A DNA stretch of 64,000 nt. It comes from a virus (lineage: Duplodnaviria > Heunggongvirae > Uroviricota > Caudoviricetes). The stretch lies in the IMG/VR virus record IMGVR_UViG_3300032007_000002; one strand, written 5' to 3'. Below are positions 63,591 to 64,000 of the stretch, in pieces. Under the pieces are notes generated by a model, which saw only the letters and a list, made by a program, of their open reading frames with translations, did no database searches and had not been told where the DNA came from. Position numbers and translations under genes: made by a program. The first letter of the stretch is position 1, and every line of letters starts with the position of its first letter.

Positions 63591-63671
63591 ATTGGCCTCC
63601 TTGTTGGTTGGTATTCCCCCTATGTGACGGGGGTAAGGAAGGGGGCCTGCGCCCCCCGTGATTCCGTGGGG

Positions 63672-64000
63672 CTATTTCAGCTCCACCACCTGATAGACGA
63701 CAGCCTTGCCGTTGGGGAGGACTTCGCCGTCCATGGCCTCTATGCTGGCCTCGGAGCTTGTGCAGCCGTCTTCCCCAGTGAACCCGCCCGCAACGATGGC
63801 GGCTTCTTTCCAGTTCTTGCAATCTGTGCCGTGCTTTGCGTTGAACGCGGCCAACCCCTTCGGGTCTTCATACACTTCAAACTCGCCAACATAGCAATAG
63901 AAGTGCAGGGAAATGCCACCTTCAACGAGGTTCATGTTGTCATTTTCAAGCACCTTCGCGAACTCTTCCTTCGCCTTCTGCTCATCCGCCGTCCACAACT
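63672..64000 (-). CDS. Hypothetical protein (5' end outside the window)
   Basis: Open frame to the window edge; stop 6 nt from an element. Confidence 0.6.
   Translation of the reverse strand, partial: LWTADEQKAKEEFAKVLENDNMNLVEGGISLHFYCYVGEFEVYEDPKGLAAFNAKHGTDCKNWKEAAIVAGGFTGEDGCTSSEASIEAMDGEVLPNGKAVVYQVVELK

Larger units (their letters stand above)
19863..63665 (-). repeat. Class A dispersed bipartite element (promoter plus leader plus RBS) heading gene cassettes; 57 copies here plus 3 at 14.0-14.2 kb
   Basis: + strand (C/T/G)CCGTGATTCC box at about 19922, 20593, 22175, 22906, 24136, 26789, 27656, 28591, 29666, 30073, 30922, 31865, 33213, 33926, 34705, 36267, 36951, 38060, 38557, 39070, 39996, 40496, 41230, 41597, 42495, 43052, 43832, 44481, 45164, 45826, 46432, 46917, 48510, 49523, 50006, 50586, 51498, 52006, 52496, 53192, 53842, 54298, 54730, 55302, 55833, 56603, 57141, 57922, 58592, 59301, 59932, 60630, 61152, 61879, 62568, 63162, 63655. 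Each is preceded by a TATGT(G/T)A-like box (33-36 bp away in the copies measured) and nearly always by (A/G)TCTCCTT and a start codon. Confidence 0.95.

Noticed and set aside
19863-63665. CRISPR array interpretation of the dispersed repeat
   Set aside because: Copies are separated by whole genes (0.4-2.7 kb), the internal part varies, and no cas genes are visible.
19863-63665. Classical integron with attC sites
   Set aside because: No tyrosine recombinase in the window, no consistent RYYYAAC/GTTRRRY ends, several copies lack a hairpin, and the element carries its own RBS. An integrase elsewhere in the genome cannot be excluded.
1-64000. Stop-codon reassignment (alternative genetic code)
   Set aside because: TAA, TAG and TGA all end genes at sensible positions next to elements or terminators, and recognisable proteins are uninterrupted.

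Overview
This 64 kb window looks like part of a large, GC-rich bacteriophage genome. It holds more than 100 short, mostly hypothetical genes, nearly all on the minus strand, with no structural, packaging or integrase genes. Recognisable products are a sigma-70-family sigma factor, a motor-only FtsK/SpoIIIE ATPase, a RadC/JAB protein, NADAR, an ATP-grasp protein, SpoVG, a MORN-repeat (YwqK-like) protein, up to three beta-clamp-like proteins, a Zn-ribbon/Vsr-like endonuclease and three tRNAs (fMet, Glu, Arg). The dominant feature is non-coding: 60 hand-counted, same-orientation copies of a bipartite element, minus strand GGAATCACGG(G)-N~25-(G/A/T)T(C/A)ACATA. It is usually followed by a purine-rich leader, AAGGAGA(T/C)A and ATG, and heads almost every one- to three-gene unit from 19.9 kb to the window end. 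Upstream stop codons often abut the next copy, and neighbouring copies can be nearly identical. One copy is truncated next to a gene remnant, and a low-GC two-gene module sits exactly between two copies. Together this suggests a gene-cassette array with its own promoter grammar and possibly element-mediated shuffling. Three copies with no gene point into a non-coding region (13.35-14.04 kb) with phased repeats and a G/C skew inversion, a candidate replication origin. Two further promoter-like motifs (TTGCTATATTTC, TATAAACT) and an anti-Shine-Dalgarno motif just after stop codons also recur. All functional calls come from visual motif recognition; no database searches were run.
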